A program made the position numbers and the translations under genes. DNA of 64,000 nt, from assembly GCA_963815195.1 (NCBI GenBank), contig CAWFGE010000010.1, positions 128,001 through 192,000 on the forward strand. Reading direction: 5' to 3'. Shown one piece after another: positions 42,175 through 53,754 of the stretch (positions within the stretch are counted from its first letter, which is position 1; every line of letters starts with the position of its first letter). Origin of the DNA: an uncultured Planctomycetaceae bacterium. Its GTDB lineage: Bacteria; Planctomycetota; Planctomycetia; Planctomycetales; Planctomycetaceae. The notes under the pieces are model-generated. The model had not been told where the DNA came from, made no database searches, and saw only the letters and a program-made list of their open reading frames with translations.

Positions 42175-43236
42175 ATGCCCAGCCCGCTCGAATCGCTCGT
42201 GGCGACGGGAACCAAACTTTGGCTCGACAGCGTGGACCCGGATTTGTTGAAAACCAACAAGCAGCTCGGGGCCTCCGGTGCGACCTCCAATCCGGTGATC
42301 ATTTCCGGCCTGATCCAATCGGGCCGCTTCGATGGTGCGTTGCAGGAACTCATGGAGCAAGGCCAGGGCGATGAAGCTGTCGCCTGGCAAATGACCGACC
42401 GGCTGGTCCGGCAGGCTCAAAAAGAGTTCGCGGAAGTCCACGCCCGCACGAACGGCGACGACGGCTATGTGAGCTTTGAGCTCGATCCGCTGTTGGAAGA
42501 CGTCGATTGCCCGTTGTCTGAAACCGAACGAACCGCGAAATATATCGAACTCGGCAAAGAGTGGTCGAAAGGGCATTCGAACCGGATGATCAAAGTCCCC
42601 GCCACTCCCGCGGGACTTGCGGCGCTTGAGGAACTTGCCGCCCTCGGAGTCACTTTGAACGTGACCTTGCTGTTCACCGCGCGGCAATATCACATCGCCC
42701 GGGACGCGATCTGGCGCGGAGCCCAGCGCCGCGATTCGCTGGAAGGGTTTAAGTCCGTGTATTCGATTTTCATCAGCCGGATCGATGTCTACACGAAAAA
42801 GCACGTTCCCGAGTTGTCCGATGCCGCCCAGGGGCAGGTGGGGATCATCAACGCCAAACGGCTTTGGCAAGACAACACGGCTTTCTGGAAAGACAAAAAT
42901 CTGCCGCTGCGGCAGGAGTTCATTTTCGCGAGCACCGGCGTCAAAGATCCGGGCGACCCGCCGGACAAATACGTCTCTGCACTCGCGGGGGCGGACATCC
43001 AAACCAACCCGCCCGAAACCAACGCCGCCATTCAAGACATGCCAGATAAAACGTTCACCCGGACGGTGGACCGCATGCCGCCCCGGCAGGTGTTGGACGA
43101 AATCGATCAGAAGGTGGACTTCGCCAAAATGGAAGAGGTGTTGATGGAAGAAGGCCTCAAGAAGTTCGCCGACCCGCAAAAAGCCCTGCTCAACTTGATC
43201 GCCAAAAAACGCAAGGAGCTCGAGCCCGCGGGTTGA
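42175..43236 (+). CDS. tal: Transaldolase family protein
   Basis: [43 protein letters not shown]; start at MPSPL. Confidence 0.88.
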   Translation: MPSPLESLVATGTKLWLDSVDPDLLKTNKQLGASGATSNPVIISGLIQSGRFDGALQELMEQGQGDEAVAWQMTDRLVRQAQKEFAEVHARTNGDDGYVSFELDPLLEDVDCPLSETERTAKYIELGKEWSKGHSNRMIKVPATPAGLAALEELAALGVTLNVTLLFTARQYHIARDAIWRGAQRRDSLEGFKSVYSIFISRIDVYTKKHVPELSDAAQGQVGIINAKRLWQDNTAFWKDKNLPLRQEFIFASTGVKDPGDPPDKYVSALAGADIQTNPPETNAAIQDMPDKTFTRTVDRMPPRQVLDEIDQKVDFAKMEEVLMEEGLKKFADPQKALLNLIAKKRKELEPAG

Positions 43237-43270
43237 TCGGCCCGGTTTGGCCGAGCGAACGGGCCTTGCC

Positions 43271-44199
43271 TCATTCCTCGCCCCGGTTAAGGAATTTGAG
43301 CCAACGTCCTTGCTGGGCGTCCGACGTCATGTCGGTGGGGCTGTTGATGCCTTGTTTTTTCAGGGCTTTGTCGATTTCCCGGCGTTGCTGAGCGATCAAC
43401 GATTCCTGTCGGCTGATGCGGGCCCGTTCGATCGAAAGTTCCACCTCGGCACTGCGGAGCGTCTGCTGCAGGTCGGATGTGAGCCGGCCGGCCTCTTCGC
43501 GAAGCGCGTGCGGAGCCGCGACCAGCGCATCCCAGTCCGGCGTTCCTCGCCGGCGACTTTCCACAATCCTGAGCGCCCGCGTGAGTGAAACAATGTACTT
43601 TTCGCGGCAGTCCACCGCGTCCCGCCAAATGTCCGCGTCGTGACATTCCGCGTCCACCGCCGTCGGCCGGTTTATCAGCACGTCCAATTCCTCCTTGAGA
43701 TCGATGTGCCCCGGTTCCTGCTCAACCGCTTCCGGGCCGGCCTCCTCCTTGAGCATTTCCGCTTTCAGCGCTTCCCAACCTTCCAGGCCGCCGCCCGCTT
43801 CGTCTCGAGGCTCGGCATCGTCCGTATTCCTCCGCTCAAAGGCCCCGGGATCGGCGGCATCCGGAACGAAATCGCCCGGCGCTCTGCGCGGTTCTGAACG
43901 GAAACGCCTTCCACGATCGTTTCCCGCAGGTCCTCCAATTGCGTGCTGATCCGTTCCAGCGTGGCCGGGGCTTTGAGTTCTTCCCACTCCGCAACGGCTT
44001 TTTGGAGATCGTTCACCAAAGACATCTGCCGATGCACCATGTCGGAATCGAACGCCCGCGGCGCATTCCCGCCCGTGGACTTTTGCAGATCGTTCAGCTT
44101 GACCGCGGCCTGCTCCAGATACTCCGTGAGGGTGGCCACCATGTTCTCTTTTTCTTGGAGGTTCCGTTTCAGGTCGTCCACAGAAAGTTCTTGCAGCAT
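43271..44199 (-). CDS. Hypothetical coiled-coil protein; apparent frameshift near 43890
   Basis: Two overlapping ORFs with coiled-coil-like composition (MLQELSVDDL...; ...WEALKAEML...ELSIERARISR...RWLKFL). Confidence 0.55.
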
Positions 44200-44486
44200 G
44201 CTAGGGGGAATCCTATCGAGAACGGCAAGGAGAATCGTCAAAACCAGATCAGCCGGCACAGACAACAGGCTTTGCGCATCGGCAAGCCGAGTTTCGTCTC
44301 AAACGTAGCATATAATCAGCGGGCGGAAGAAATTCCCCCGCGAGAATTCCCCCCTCGTCCAAAGAATCCTACCTTATAGAATAAGGACCAGAAGCCCGGC
44401 GAGCGGGCGGCGTATGCCGGCTGATCATCCCCAGCCAACAAAGCGTGCCGACGCAAAAGAATCATTTGAGGGTCTAACATACCGAA

Positions 44487-45245
44487 ATGAGGCTACTCAG
44501 TTACAACATCCACAAAGGCATCGGCGGCCGCGACCGGAGATACCGGCTCGAACGCGTGATCGAGGTCATCGAAGAGGAAAACCCGGATTTGATCTGCCTG
44601 CAGGAAGTGGACCGGAACGTCAGGCGGTCGAAGTTTCACAATCAGCCGCAACTCCTGGCCGAATATTTCCAAGCCGCCGAGCACTTTTACCAGCTCAACG
44701 TGCCGCTCAAAACCGGCGGGTATGGGAATTTGATCCTCTCGCGGTGGCCGTTTCACTCGAAGCATCAAGTTTCGCTCCGGCTCAAAAACAAAAAGCCGCG
44801 CGGGGCCCAACTTGTGGTCGTCGATTCTCCCGAAGGTCCGTTGCATCTTGTGAATTGGCATCTGGGCCTCGCGGAAGCGGAGCGGCGCTGGCAGGTTCGG
44901 CATTTGCTCGAGCACCGCTTGTTCGAGGAATCCGCCCATCTGCCCACGGTCATCCTGGGCGATTCCAACGACTGGCGAAACCAACTCGGCAACGTGGTCT
45001 TTAATGGGCACAGCTTCGAAGAAGCCACCACCCCGCCGTCGCGGTTCCGCTCGTTCCCCGCCTACCTGGCGATGGGTTCGCTCGACAAACTCTTTTACCG
45101 CGGCGACATTTTCGTCCGGCATGTCCGCGTCGTCCGCACCGCGATGGCCAAGATCGCCTCCGATCATCTGCCCCTCGTCGTCGACCTGCACCTCAGAACG
45201 GAGTTCCTCGACCAAATCTCCGACGACCTCTCGCTGGAACCATAA
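44487..45245 (+). CDS. Endonuclease/exonuclease/phosphatase family protein
   Basis: SYNIHK, LQEVD, GNLILSR, WHLGL, GDSND, LDK, ASDHLP. Confidence 0.88.
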   Translation: MRLLSYNIHKGIGGRDRRYRLERVIEVIEEENPDLICLQEVDRNVRRSKFHNQPQLLAEYFQAAEHFYQLNVPLKTGGYGNLILSRWPFHSKHQVSLRLKNKKPRGAQLVVVDSPEGPLHLVNWHLGLAEAERRWQVRHLLEHRLFEESAHLPTVILGDSNDWRNQLGNVVFNGHSFEEATTPPSRFRSFPAYLAMGSLDKLFYRGDIFVRHVRVVRTAMAKIASDHLPLVVDLHLRTEFLDQISDDLSLEP

Positions 45246-45273
45246 AAACCGAAGCCCGACGAAAGGCCGGTTC

Positions 45274-45339
45274 GTGAGCGGTTGGGCGCTAGCCGCCGGT
45301 TTTGGGAAATCACCGGCGGCTCAGCGCCGTTCCGCTCAG
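45274..45339. repeat. REP-like palindrome, copy 1
   Basis: GTGAGCGGTTGGGCGCTAGCCGCCGGT...ACCGGCGGCTCAGCGCCGTTCCGCTCAG; similar copy at 53755-53820. Confidence 0.75.
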
Positions 45340-45425
45340 GGTCGCGGCATGGTGGATTTCTCTTGCGGGTTTCCGTAGGCTAAAACCTTCAAACAGATTT
45401 CACATCCTGGAGAGAGGCTGCTGCG

Positions 45426-47075
45426 ATGAATCGATCGACCGTCCGCCCATGGACTTGCCTCTTCGCGCTGTTGGCCGTGGGGTTGGGGAACCTGCCGCGG
45501 ACCGGCGCCGCCGAGAAAACCCGCCCGAACATTCTGTTCGCCTTCGCCGACGATTGGGGCCGGTGCGCGAGCATCTATGCGGAGACCGACGGCCAAGGCG
45601 GCCTCAATGATGTGGTCAAAACGCCAAATTTCGACCGCATCGCCAAGCAGGGTGTGCTGTTCAAGAACGCCTTCGTGAACGCCCCGTCTTGCACGCCCTG
45701 CCGGAGTTCGCTGTTGTCAGGCCAATACTTCTGGCGGACCGGTCGCGGGGCGATTCTGCAGGGGGCCGTTTGGGATGAGAGCATCCCCGTCTGGCCGCTG
45801 ATGCTCAAAGACGCCGGCTACCACATCGGCAAGACCTTTAAAGTCTGGAGCCCCGGCACGCCCGCCGATGCCCCGTACGGCGGAAAAACCTACAGCTATC
45901 AACAATCCGGCGGCCGCTTCAATCAGTTCTCGCAGCAGGCCACGCGAATGGTCGCGCAGGGCAAATCGGTCGCAGCAGCCAAGGGCGAACTCTTCGACGA
46001 GGTTCGCGGGAATTTCTCCAAGTTTCTCTCCGAACGCAAAGGCGACGAGCCGTTCTGCTATTGGTTCGGCCCCACCAACGTGCACCGCAAATGGGTCAAA
46101 GGCTCGGGCAAGGCCTTGTGGAACTTCGAGCCGGATTCCCTCAAAGGCAAACTCCCGCCCTTCCTGCCGGACGTGCCCGTCGTCCGCGAGGACATGGCCG
46201 ATTACTTCGGAGAGATTTTGGCCTTCGATACCGCGCTCGGCATCTTGACGGAAGAACTCAAAAAGGCCGGCGAGCTGGACAATACATTGATCGTCATCAG
46301 CGGCGATCATGGCCCGCCCGGTTTTCCGCACGGCAAATGCAACTTGTACGATTTCGGCACCGAAGTCGCCTTGGCGATTGCCGGGCCGGGCGTCCAGGGC
46401 GGCCGGGTGGTCGATGACTTCGTCTGCCTGCCGGATTTGGCTCCAACGTTCCTGGAGACCGGCGGCGTCAAAATTCCCGACGTGATGACCGCCAAGAGCA
46501 TCTGGCCCACGCTCAAATCCGACCGCGAAGGCCTGGTGGACTCCACGCGGACGCAGGTCTTCACCGGACGGGAACGCCACGTCGCCACCGCCCGCGCAAA
46601 CGCGCTCCCCTATCCGCAGCGGTGCATTCGCACGGCGGAGTATTCCTTCATTATCAACTTCCGCCCCGACCGCTATCCGCTGGGCGATCCGTACCGTCTC
46701 GATAGCGACAATCCTCCCACCGCCAACGAAATCACCAACAACACCTTCGCCACGCTGCCCGATGAAGACGCCAGCCCCACCAAAGCCTGGATCGTGGAAC
46801 ATCGAAACGACCCGAAGTGGAAGAAATATTTCACCGAAGCCTACGGCAAACGCCCTCGCGAGCAACTTTTCGATCTGAAAAAGGATCCCTTCCAAATGCA
46901 CAACGTCGCCGGCGACCCGGCTTATGCGGACGCGGTCAAAAAACTGCGGGATCGGCTCGTCACGGAACTCAAAACGTCGGGCGATCCGCGAATGATCGAT
47001 GACGGCAAATACTTCGAAACCCCGCCCCTCGCCGGCCCTGTGAATAACAACCGCAATCGCAACCGCAACAAATAG
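45426..47075 (+). CDS. Sulfatase
   Basis: Signal peptide; [15 protein letters not shown] formylglycine motif; GDHG; GK. Confidence 0.9.
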   Translation: MNRSTVRPWTCLFALLAVGLGNLPRTGAAEKTRPNILFAFADDWGRCASIYAETDGQGGLNDVVKTPNFDRIAKQGVLFKNAFVNAPSCTPCRSSLLSGQYFWRTGRGAILQGAVWDESIPVWPLMLKDAGYHIGKTFKVWSPGTPADAPYGGKTYSYQQSGGRFNQFSQQATRMVAQGKSVAAAKGELFDEVRGNFSKFLSERKGDEPFCYWFGPTNVHRKWVKGSGKALWNFEPDSLKGKLPPFLPDVPVVREDMADYFGEILAFDTALGILTEELKKAGELDNTLIVISGDHGPPGFPHGKCNLYDFGTEVALAIAGPGVQGGRVVDDFVCLPDLAPTFLETGGVKIPDVMTAKSIWPTLKSDREGLVDSTRTQVFTGRERHVATARANALPYPQRCIRTAEYSFIINFRPDRYPLGDPYRLDSDNPPTANEITNNTFATLPDEDASPTKAWIVEHRNDPKWKKYFTEAYGKRPREQLFDLKKDPFQMHNVAGDPAYADAVKKLRDRLVTELKTSGDPRMIDDGKYFETPPLAGPVNNNRNRNRNK

Positions 47076-47089
47076 AAAGCTGTTTTCCT

Positions 47090-48517
47090 ATGATGCGCTG
47101 TATTCGACTGACGCTCTGGCTCTTCGCCGTCGGCCTGTTGTTGGATTCATCGAAATCCCACGCCGCGGACACGCCGAACTTTATTGTGATCAACATTGAC
47201 GACCTCGGCTACGGGGACATCGGGCCTTATGGCAATCAGAAAAACCGCACGCCGAACCTCGACCGCATGGCGAAGGAAGGCCGCAAGCTGACGTGCTTCT
47301 ATGCCGCCCCGGTCTGCTCGCCGTCGCGGTCTTCGCTGATGACCGGCTGCTATCCCAAGCGGGTCTTGAGCATCCCGCACGTCCTCTTTCCCGGCAATGC
47401 CGAGGGGCTTGATCCGGCGGAGATCACGATCGCGGAACTCCTCAAAAAACAGGGCTACGCGACGGGCATCATCGGCAAATGGCATTTGGGCGATCAGCCG
47501 ATCTTTCTGCCCACCCGGCAAGGCTTCGATTACTACTATGGGCTGCCTTATTCCAACGACATGGGCCCCGCGGAAGACGGCGTGAAAAGCAATCTGGGCC
47601 GCCCCCTCCCGAAACCGAGAAAAGGCCGCGGCCAGCCGCCTTTGCCTTTGATGCGAAACGAAACCGTGCTTCAACGGGTGCTGCCGGACGATCAGCAAAA
47701 ACTCGTCGAGCGCTACACGGAGGAAGCGATTGGTTTCTTGGAGAAGCACAAGTCGGAGCCGTTCTTTCTCTACCTGCCGCATTCCGCGGTGCATTTTCCG
47801 CTGTATCCCGGGAAGGCATTCGCGGGCAAATCGAACAACGGCCTCTACGGCGATTGGGTGGAAGAAGTCGATTGGAGCGTCGGGCAGGTCATGAGTGCTC
47901 TCCGCAAACTGAAGCTCGATCAAAACACGCTGGTGATTTTTACATCGGACAACGGCGGACAACTCGCCCACGGCGCCAATAACTTTCCGCTCCGGGGCAG
48001 CAAAGGCTCGACCTGGGAAGGGGGCATGCGCGAACCGACCATCGCCTGGTGGCCCGGAAAAATCCCGGCAGGCACCGAGACCGCGGAAATCACGAGCATG
48101 ATGGACCTCCTGCCGACATTCGTCAAACTCGCGGGCGGCGAAGTGCCCAGCGATCGAAAGCTCGACGGCGGCGACATCTGGCCGCTGCTCATGGGCGACA
48201 AAAACGCCAAGTCTCCGTACGAGACGTTTTACTATTATCGCGGCCTCAACCTGCAAGCCATCCGCCAGGGCGATTGGAAGCTGCATCTTGCGAAGGGCGA
48301 ACTTTATAACCTAAAGACGGACATTTCCGAATCGAAAGACGTCGCCGGGGAACATCGCGAAATCGTCGCCCAGCTTCGCGAAGCCGCGAAGCAAACCAAA
48401 GACGACCTGGGAACCGAGGGCCTCGGTCCCGGCTGCCGACCCCTCGGCAAAGTCAAAAACCCTCAGCCGCTCATCAACCACGAAGGCAAAATCCGCGAAG
48501 GCTTCGCCGCGGAATAG
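47090..48517 (+). CDS. Arylsulfatase
   Basis: DDLGYGD, CSPSRSSLMTG, GKWHLG, SDNG, EGGMR. Confidence 0.92.
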   Translation: MMRCIRLTLWLFAVGLLLDSSKSHAADTPNFIVINIDDLGYGDIGPYGNQKNRTPNLDRMAKEGRKLTCFYAAPVCSPSRSSLMTGCYPKRVLSIPHVLFPGNAEGLDPAEITIAELLKKQGYATGIIGKWHLGDQPIFLPTRQGFDYYYGLPYSNDMGPAEDGVKSNLGRPLPKPRKGRGQPPLPLMRNETVLQRVLPDDQQKLVERYTEEAIGFLEKHKSEPFFLYLPHSAVHFPLYPGKAFAGKSNNGLYGDWVEEVDWSVGQVMSALRKLKLDQNTLVIFTSDNGGQLAHGANNFPLRGSKGSTWEGGMREPTIAWWPGKIPAGTETAEITSMMDLLPTFVKLAGGEVPSDRKLDGGDIWPLLMGDKNAKSPYETFYYYRGLNLQAIRQGDWKLHLAKGELYNLKTDISESKDVAGEHREIVAQLREAAKQTKDDLGTEGLGPGCRPLGKVKNPQPLINHEGKIREGFAAE

Positions 48518-48528
48518 GTGCCCTGATT

Positions 48529-49893
48529 ATGTATCCTAAATTCATCGTTGCAGTGCTTGCATCTGTATTAACATCGGTGCAATCTCTCAATGTTTTGGCG
48601 GCGGACCAAAACCGGGACCGGCCGAACATTGTGTTTATTCTCGCCGATGATCTGGGGTACGGTGACTTGAGTTGCTATGGGCATCCAAAGGCGAAAACAC
48701 CGCATTTGGATCGGTTGGCGAAACAGGGCGTGAAGTTCACGCAGCACTATGCCAACGGCCCGGAGTGCAGCCCCACTCGCACCGCATTTCTCACCGGAAG
48801 GTATCAGCAGCGGGCGGGCGGATTGGAATGCGCGATCGGCACGGGCAACGTCGGCCGCTATGATGATGCGATTCGCCTCGCGAATCAAAGAGAACTCGGA
48901 CTGCCCGCTGTCCAATCGATCCTGCCCCGCGCCGTGAAACAAGCCGGCTACACCTGCGGCATCTTCGGAAAATGGCATCTGGGCTATGAGCCGCAATTCA
49001 ATCCGATGGTGCACGGCTGGGACGAGTTCTTCGGCTACTTGGGCGGGAATGTGGACTACTTCACGCATCGCGAAACCAGCGATCTGCACGTCCTGTTTCG
49101 CGGCAAGCTGCCGGTGTATCGGCCGGGCTATATGACGCATCTCATCACCGATGATTCCATCGCCTTTATCGAGAAGCACGAACAGCAGCCGTTTTTCCTC
49201 TATGTCGCCCACGAAGGCCCGCACTTTCCCTATCAAGGCCCCAAGGATCAAGACAAGGTCGTCAACGAAGCCAATTGGAACGTGCCCGACGCCGCGACTT
49301 ATCTCGCCATGCTCGAAGATCTCGACAAAGAAGTCGGCCGTTTATTGATGGCGATCGATCAAACCGGTCTTGCCGAAAACACCGTGGTCGTTTTTGCCTC
49401 CGACAACGGCGGCATCGCGGCCTCGGCTCATCAGGGCGGTCTTCGCGGTTCAAAAAGCAGCACGTTTGAAGGCGGCATCCGCGCACCGCTCATCATCCGC
49501 TGGCCCGGAAAGATCAAGCCGAACACTGTCAGCGATCAAGTCTCCGCCACGTTCGATCTCACCGCTTCGTTCTTAAAACTGGCCCAAGCGGATCCCGGCG
49601 ATCATCATCTTGATGGCTACGATATCGTCGGCCATATCACCGAAGCCCGCAAGGATTTCTCGCGCACGTTGTTTTGGCGCGGCAAGCGCGGCGAGTCGGC
49701 ATGGTGGGGCGTCCGCGACGGCGATCTCAAATATGTCCGCAATCAAGACGGCGGGCAAACCGAAGACTGGATGTTCGATCTGGCCAATGATAAGGGAGAA
49801 CAGAACAACCTCATCAAAACGCAGCCCGACGCCGCGGCAAAGCTCAAACAAAAACTGGCCGAGTGGGAACAAGACGTGAAAGCCGTGCGTTAA
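48529..49893 (+). CDS. Arylsulfatase
   Basis: DDLGYGD, CSPTRTAFLTG, GKWHLG, SDNG, EGGIR. Confidence 0.92.
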   Translation: MYPKFIVAVLASVLTSVQSLNVLAADQNRDRPNIVFILADDLGYGDLSCYGHPKAKTPHLDRLAKQGVKFTQHYANGPECSPTRTAFLTGRYQQRAGGLECAIGTGNVGRYDDAIRLANQRELGLPAVQSILPRAVKQAGYTCGIFGKWHLGYEPQFNPMVHGWDEFFGYLGGNVDYFTHRETSDLHVLFRGKLPVYRPGYMTHLITDDSIAFIEKHEQQPFFLYVAHEGPHFPYQGPKDQDKVVNEANWNVPDAATYLAMLEDLDKEVGRLLMAIDQTGLAENTVVVFASDNGGIAASAHQGGLRGSKSSTFEGGIRAPLIIRWPGKIKPNTVSDQVSATFDLTASFLKLAQADPGDHHLDGYDIVGHITEARKDFSRTLFWRGKRGESAWWGVRDGDLKYVRNQDGGQTEDWMFDLANDKGEQNNLIKTQPDAAAKLKQKLAEWEQDVKAVR

Positions 49894-49908
49894 GAACCGA
49901 TCGAGAGA

Positions 49909-50794
49909 TTATTGTCGCGCGAGGCCTTCCTGTTCGCAGGTCGGCCCAATGTCGGCGACGGTGGCGCGCTGCACGTCGCGGGGCCAGCGGATGTCGTCGA
50001 ACGCCGTGCCCCGGTGCATCGTGCAGCGGTCGTCCCACATGATGAGATCGTGCACGCGGTAGCGGTGGATGTACACAAACTCCGGCCGGGTCGCGTGGGC
50101 AATCAGTTCATCGATCAAGGCCCGGCCTTTCGCGTCGGGCCAACCGAAAATCCTCCCCGCATGCGAGGCGAGATACAGCGTCTTTCGGCCGGTCTGGGGA
50201 AGCGTCCGCACCACCCTTTGCGGGACCGGCGGCATCGAAGCTTTTTCCTCTTCCGAAAAATCCGTGAACCCGATCCGCGCGGGAAAAGCGAATGCAATGC
50301 TCGGCGATCAAACCTTCCAGGTCGCGCTTTTGCGATTCGGGAAGCGCAGCATACGCGGCCCTCAGATCGGCAAACTCCGTCCGGCCGCCCACCGGCGGAA
50401 TGGACCGCGCATAAAGCAGCGACGCGAGAGCCGGTGTCAACCGGAAGGAAGCGTCGGTGTGCCAGAGCCGATTGCCCATCTCGTGCAGCCGGCGGGCGCT
50501 CGCAGCCTCCCAAATCTTGTCGCCCGCGGTGAGGTTGGAGACATCGGCAATTTCCGCGGGCACGCGGAGCTTGCTGCCGGGGCGGTATTGCTCGATCGAA
50601 GTTTGCAGAGGCCCGAATCGCCGGGCGAATTCCAGGTGCTGTTCGGTGCTCAGGTGCTGGCCGGGAAAAACCAGCACGGCATAGGTCCAAAACGCCTCCT
50701 GAATCTGCTCCAGTTGCTCGTCACCCAAGGGCTGGGACAAATCGACGTCGCCCACCTCGGCCGCAAAACTCGGCGTGATCGGATCGATGACCAA
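49909..50794 (-). CDS. TauD/TfdA alpha-ketoglutarate-dependent dioxygenase; single-base frameshift near 50276
   Basis: FAAEVGDVDL, VLVFPGQ, LWHTDASF, GGRTEFAD, then LYLASHA, WDDRCTMHRG in a second frame. Start codon (TTG 50794) uncertain. Confidence 0.8.
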
Positions 50795-51083
50795 ATTCGT
50801 TTCCCTCGCAAAATCTCGCCAGGAGAGGCCCCAGGACAAGGTTTCACTGTAACATGTCCGGAGCAGAACTGCCTTCCGAGATTTTTCTCTCTTCCTGTCG
50901 GCCGGAACGCGGGAATCGCGATAAGCTGCTGAGGCGCGAGCAGGATCCCTTTCGCAAAATCGAAAGACGGCCCTTGATTTCAGCGGGCGTTGCGTCAAAC
51001 TGTGAAGGGATTGCCCTCCGCATTTCTGTTTCGCATTGATCCGCTTTCCGCCGCGCACGTCCGCCGAGTTGGAGCCGTGATTT

Positions 51084-52211
51084 ATGAATTCCGACCGCGA
51101 AGAACTGGACCGGGAACCAACGGTCGGGACCGAGCCGGCCGCCGAGAGCATCCCCGCGGAAACCGCGGCCGGGAAAGATGCTCCGCCCCAAACGGAGCCG
51201 CCGGCTTCGGACGGAATGCTGGTGCATCTTCAGGAGCAGTTACGGGAAATGCGCCAGCGGTTTGACGCCACGGAATGGCAGATCGCCGGCTATCTCCGCG
51301 AGAAGACCGGTCCGAAGCATGCGTCGGAGGCCAACGGCGAGGCGATGGCCCACGTGCAGGAAGGCATCGACCGGCTGCTTTCTCGATTTGACGAGATGAA
51401 GGCCGGCCTCTCTTTGAAGAACGATCAGGCAGCGCAAACCCAGCAACCCGAGCACAGCCTCGGCTCTCAGGAAGTGCTCGAGACGCTCAAAAAGCTCGCG
51501 GCATCCCAGGAAGATCTGGCCCGGAAGATCGTGGGAACGCTCGGCAAGCGGTTGAGCGAGGAACTCGATTTGCTCCGATTTCAGCAGATTGTCCACGAAA
51601 CCTTGACCACGGAATGGGACCGCCGGGAAGCCGAGGCCGAGGCCAAAGCCCGCGCCCAAGCGGAGGCGGAGGCGGAGGCCGAAGCTCTGGCCGAGTCCGA
51701 ACTGGACATCGCGCTCGCGGAAGTCGTTGAGGAACCGCCGGAACCGGAAAGCGATCTGTCGGCCGCGGCCTGGTCGCGGGCGATTTGGGGGGCGGAACTT
51801 ACCGAGACTCCCGAGTTCCAGCCGTACCTCAAGGAACTTAACCGCCGGCTGCTGGAGGAGGATTCCAGCGTCGCGGCCCTCGCGGGGCAGATGCTGGTGT
51901 TTCGCCACGCCTCCCCGGAAGCCAAGCCGCAACTGCTCAAAGATGTGGGCGAGGCCTATTATCGCACGCGGATCGACGCGGCCGATGGGGAGCATCCGTT
52001 TGAGCGGATCTTGATCCGCTGGCTGCAAAAAGACTGCGACCGCGCGGGGCTGCCGAACACGATCGAAGTCGTACACGTCGGCGAAAGGTTCGACAAATCC
52101 CGGCATTCGAGCACAACCCGCGGCGGAGCCGAAGTCGCCGAGGTCTTCGGCTGGGTGGTCCTCACCGAAGGCGGACGAGTTTACACCCGCGCGAGCGTCG
52201 CAGCCCATTGA
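51084..52211 (+). CDS. Hypothetical coiled-coil protein with GrpE-like C-terminal beta domain
   Basis: C-terminus IEVVHVGERFDKSRH...VAEVFGWVV..GRVYTRASV resembles the GrpE head pattern GE.FD...H...V.EV..G...RV...A.V. Confidence 0.5.
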   Translation: MNSDREELDREPTVGTEPAAESIPAETAAGKDAPPQTEPPASDGMLVHLQEQLREMRQRFDATEWQIAGYLREKTGPKHASEANGEAMAHVQEGIDRLLSRFDEMKAGLSLKNDQAAQTQQPEHSLGSQEVLETLKKLAASQEDLARKIVGTLGKRLSEELDLLRFQQIVHETLTTEWDRREAEAEAKARAQAEAEAEAEALAESELDIALAEVVEEPPEPESDLSAAAWSRAIWGAELTETPEFQPYLKELNRRLLEEDSSVAALAGQMLVFRHASPEAKPQLLKDVGEAYYRTRIDAADGEHPFERILIRWLQKDCDRAGLPNTIEVVHVGERFDKSRHSSTTRGGAEVAEVFGWVVLTEGGRVYTRASVAAH

Positions 52212-52384
52212 GCGGCGCGTCGTTGCCGCCTTTTGCGAAACACCCTCTGCAACCTCCAAAGACGCTGGCAATTTGCAGCGGGCATTGAGACAATGACCCG
52301 AAAATGGGAGGGCCAAACCGGCCCGTAGTTCCTCAAAAGCCCGCACGATATTTCTCCGACCGACATTGAAGGAAAAATCGACTC

Positions 52385-52852
52385 ATGGCGACACAACGGA
52401 CTTTGATTCTCATTAAACCCGACGCCCTCCAGCGCCGGTTGGCGGGACGGATCCTCACGCGGTTTGAGGAACGCGGCTTGAAGATCGTGGGGCTCAAACT
52501 GATCCAGGTGACTCCCGAACTCTCGCAGAAACATTACGCGGAGCACGTCAACAAGCCGTTCTATCCGCTCCTGGAATCGTTTATCACCTCCGGCCCGGTG
52601 ATCGCGATGGTCGCCGAGGGCCCGGAAGCGGTTTCCGTCGTTCGCGCGATGATGGGCTCAACCAACGGCCGAGAGTCGGCCCCCGGCACGATCCGCGGCG
52701 ATTACGGCCTCAGCCGGCAGATGAATCTCGTCCACGGCAGCGACGGCGTGGAAGCCGCCGCCCGCGAAATCGAACTCTATTTCCGCTCGGAAGAACTGCT
52801 CGACTACGGCGCCCCGCTCGCGTCCCTCGTCTGTGCCGACGATGAGAAGTAG
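52385..52852 (+). CDS. ndk: Nucleoside diphosphate kinase
   Basis: RTLILIKPD, HYAEH..KPFY, GSTN..PGTIRGD, NLVHGSD. Confidence 0.96.
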   Translation: MATQRTLILIKPDALQRRLAGRILTRFEERGLKIVGLKLIQVTPELSQKHYAEHVNKPFYPLLESFITSGPVIAMVAEGPEAVSVVRAMMGSTNGRESAPGTIRGDYGLSRQMNLVHGSDGVEAAAREIELYFRSEELLDYGAPLASLVCADDEK

Positions 52853-52924
52853 AGAATTCGCGGTGTCTCCGGTTCCTCTGCATTGACAAACAAACCGGGG
52901 CTTGCGCCCTGCGGCTAATGAACG

Positions 52925-53726
52925 ATGGATTTTCTCCAGTTAGCAGGCAAAAACCTTCTGGTGTTCGGCGTGGCGAACCGGAAAAGCGTGGCCTTTCACG
53001 TCGGGAAGCTCCTGACCGAATGCGGGGCCAACGTGTTGTATTCCGTCCGTTCGCCCGAGCGGGCCGAGAGCGTGCGGAAGCTCGTGGGCGAAGCTCCGGT
53101 TTACATTTGCGATGTCGGAAACCAATCGCAGATCGACGCCCTCCGCGAATCGGTGGGGAAAGGATGTTTCCACGCTGCATGGGCTGGTGCATTCGATCGC
53201 ATTTGCCGACTACTCCGGCGGCCCCCTGCCTTTCGAGCAGACGCCCCGCGACGCCTTTTTGCACGCGGTCGATGTAAGCTGCTATTCGCTCCTCGCCGTG
53301 GCGAGCGCTTTTCGCGACCTGTTGGACAAACGCGAGGGCAGTGTGGTGACGATCTCCATTTCCACCACGCGGATGGCCGCCGAGAACTACGGCTTCATGG
53401 CCCCGGTGAAGGCGGCCCTCGATTCGTCGCTGTGCTTTCTGGCCAAGTCGTTTTCGCAGGATTCCCAGGTGCGGTTCAATGCCGTCTGTCCGGGCCTCTT
53501 GAAAACCTCGGCCTCGGCGGGGATTCCCGGCTACGTGGACAGCTACCTCTTCGCCGAGAAAGCCACGCTCCGCAAACGCGCCGTCGAGACGGAGGAAGTC
53601 GCAAACGCCGTCGCCTTTCTGCTCAGTCCCCGCTCATCGGGCATCAACACGCAAGGCCTCATCATCGACGCCGGCATGTCGGTGAACTATTTCGACCGGG
53701 ACATTTTGAAATCCGCCAACGAGTGA
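52925..53726 (+). CDS. fabI: Enoyl-ACP reductase; single-base frameshift at 53159-53161
   Basis: GVANRKSVA...CDV in one frame; LVHSIAFA...[12 protein letters not shown]...NAVCPG..KT..IIDAG in the next. Removing one A gives VGKDVST. Confidence 0.82.
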
Positions 53727-53754
53727 TTCGGTTTTCTCGAACACTGCGTCAAAA

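Noticed and set aside
50795..51151. Long N-terminal extension on the TauD ORF
   Set aside because: Overlaps the divergent 51084 gene and lacks TauD features; open by chance.
51625..51695. GAGGCC/GAGGCG repeats
   Set aside because: Coding low-complexity EAEAEAKA helix, not an independent DNA element.
52883..52888. Perfect TTGACA upstream of fabI
   Set aside because: No plausible -10 at 16-18 bp spacing.
53150..53165. Programmed -1 frameshift at GGGGAAAGG in fabI
   Set aside because: Restoring the protein needs removal of one base (+1), not a -1 slip; fits the window-wide indel pattern.
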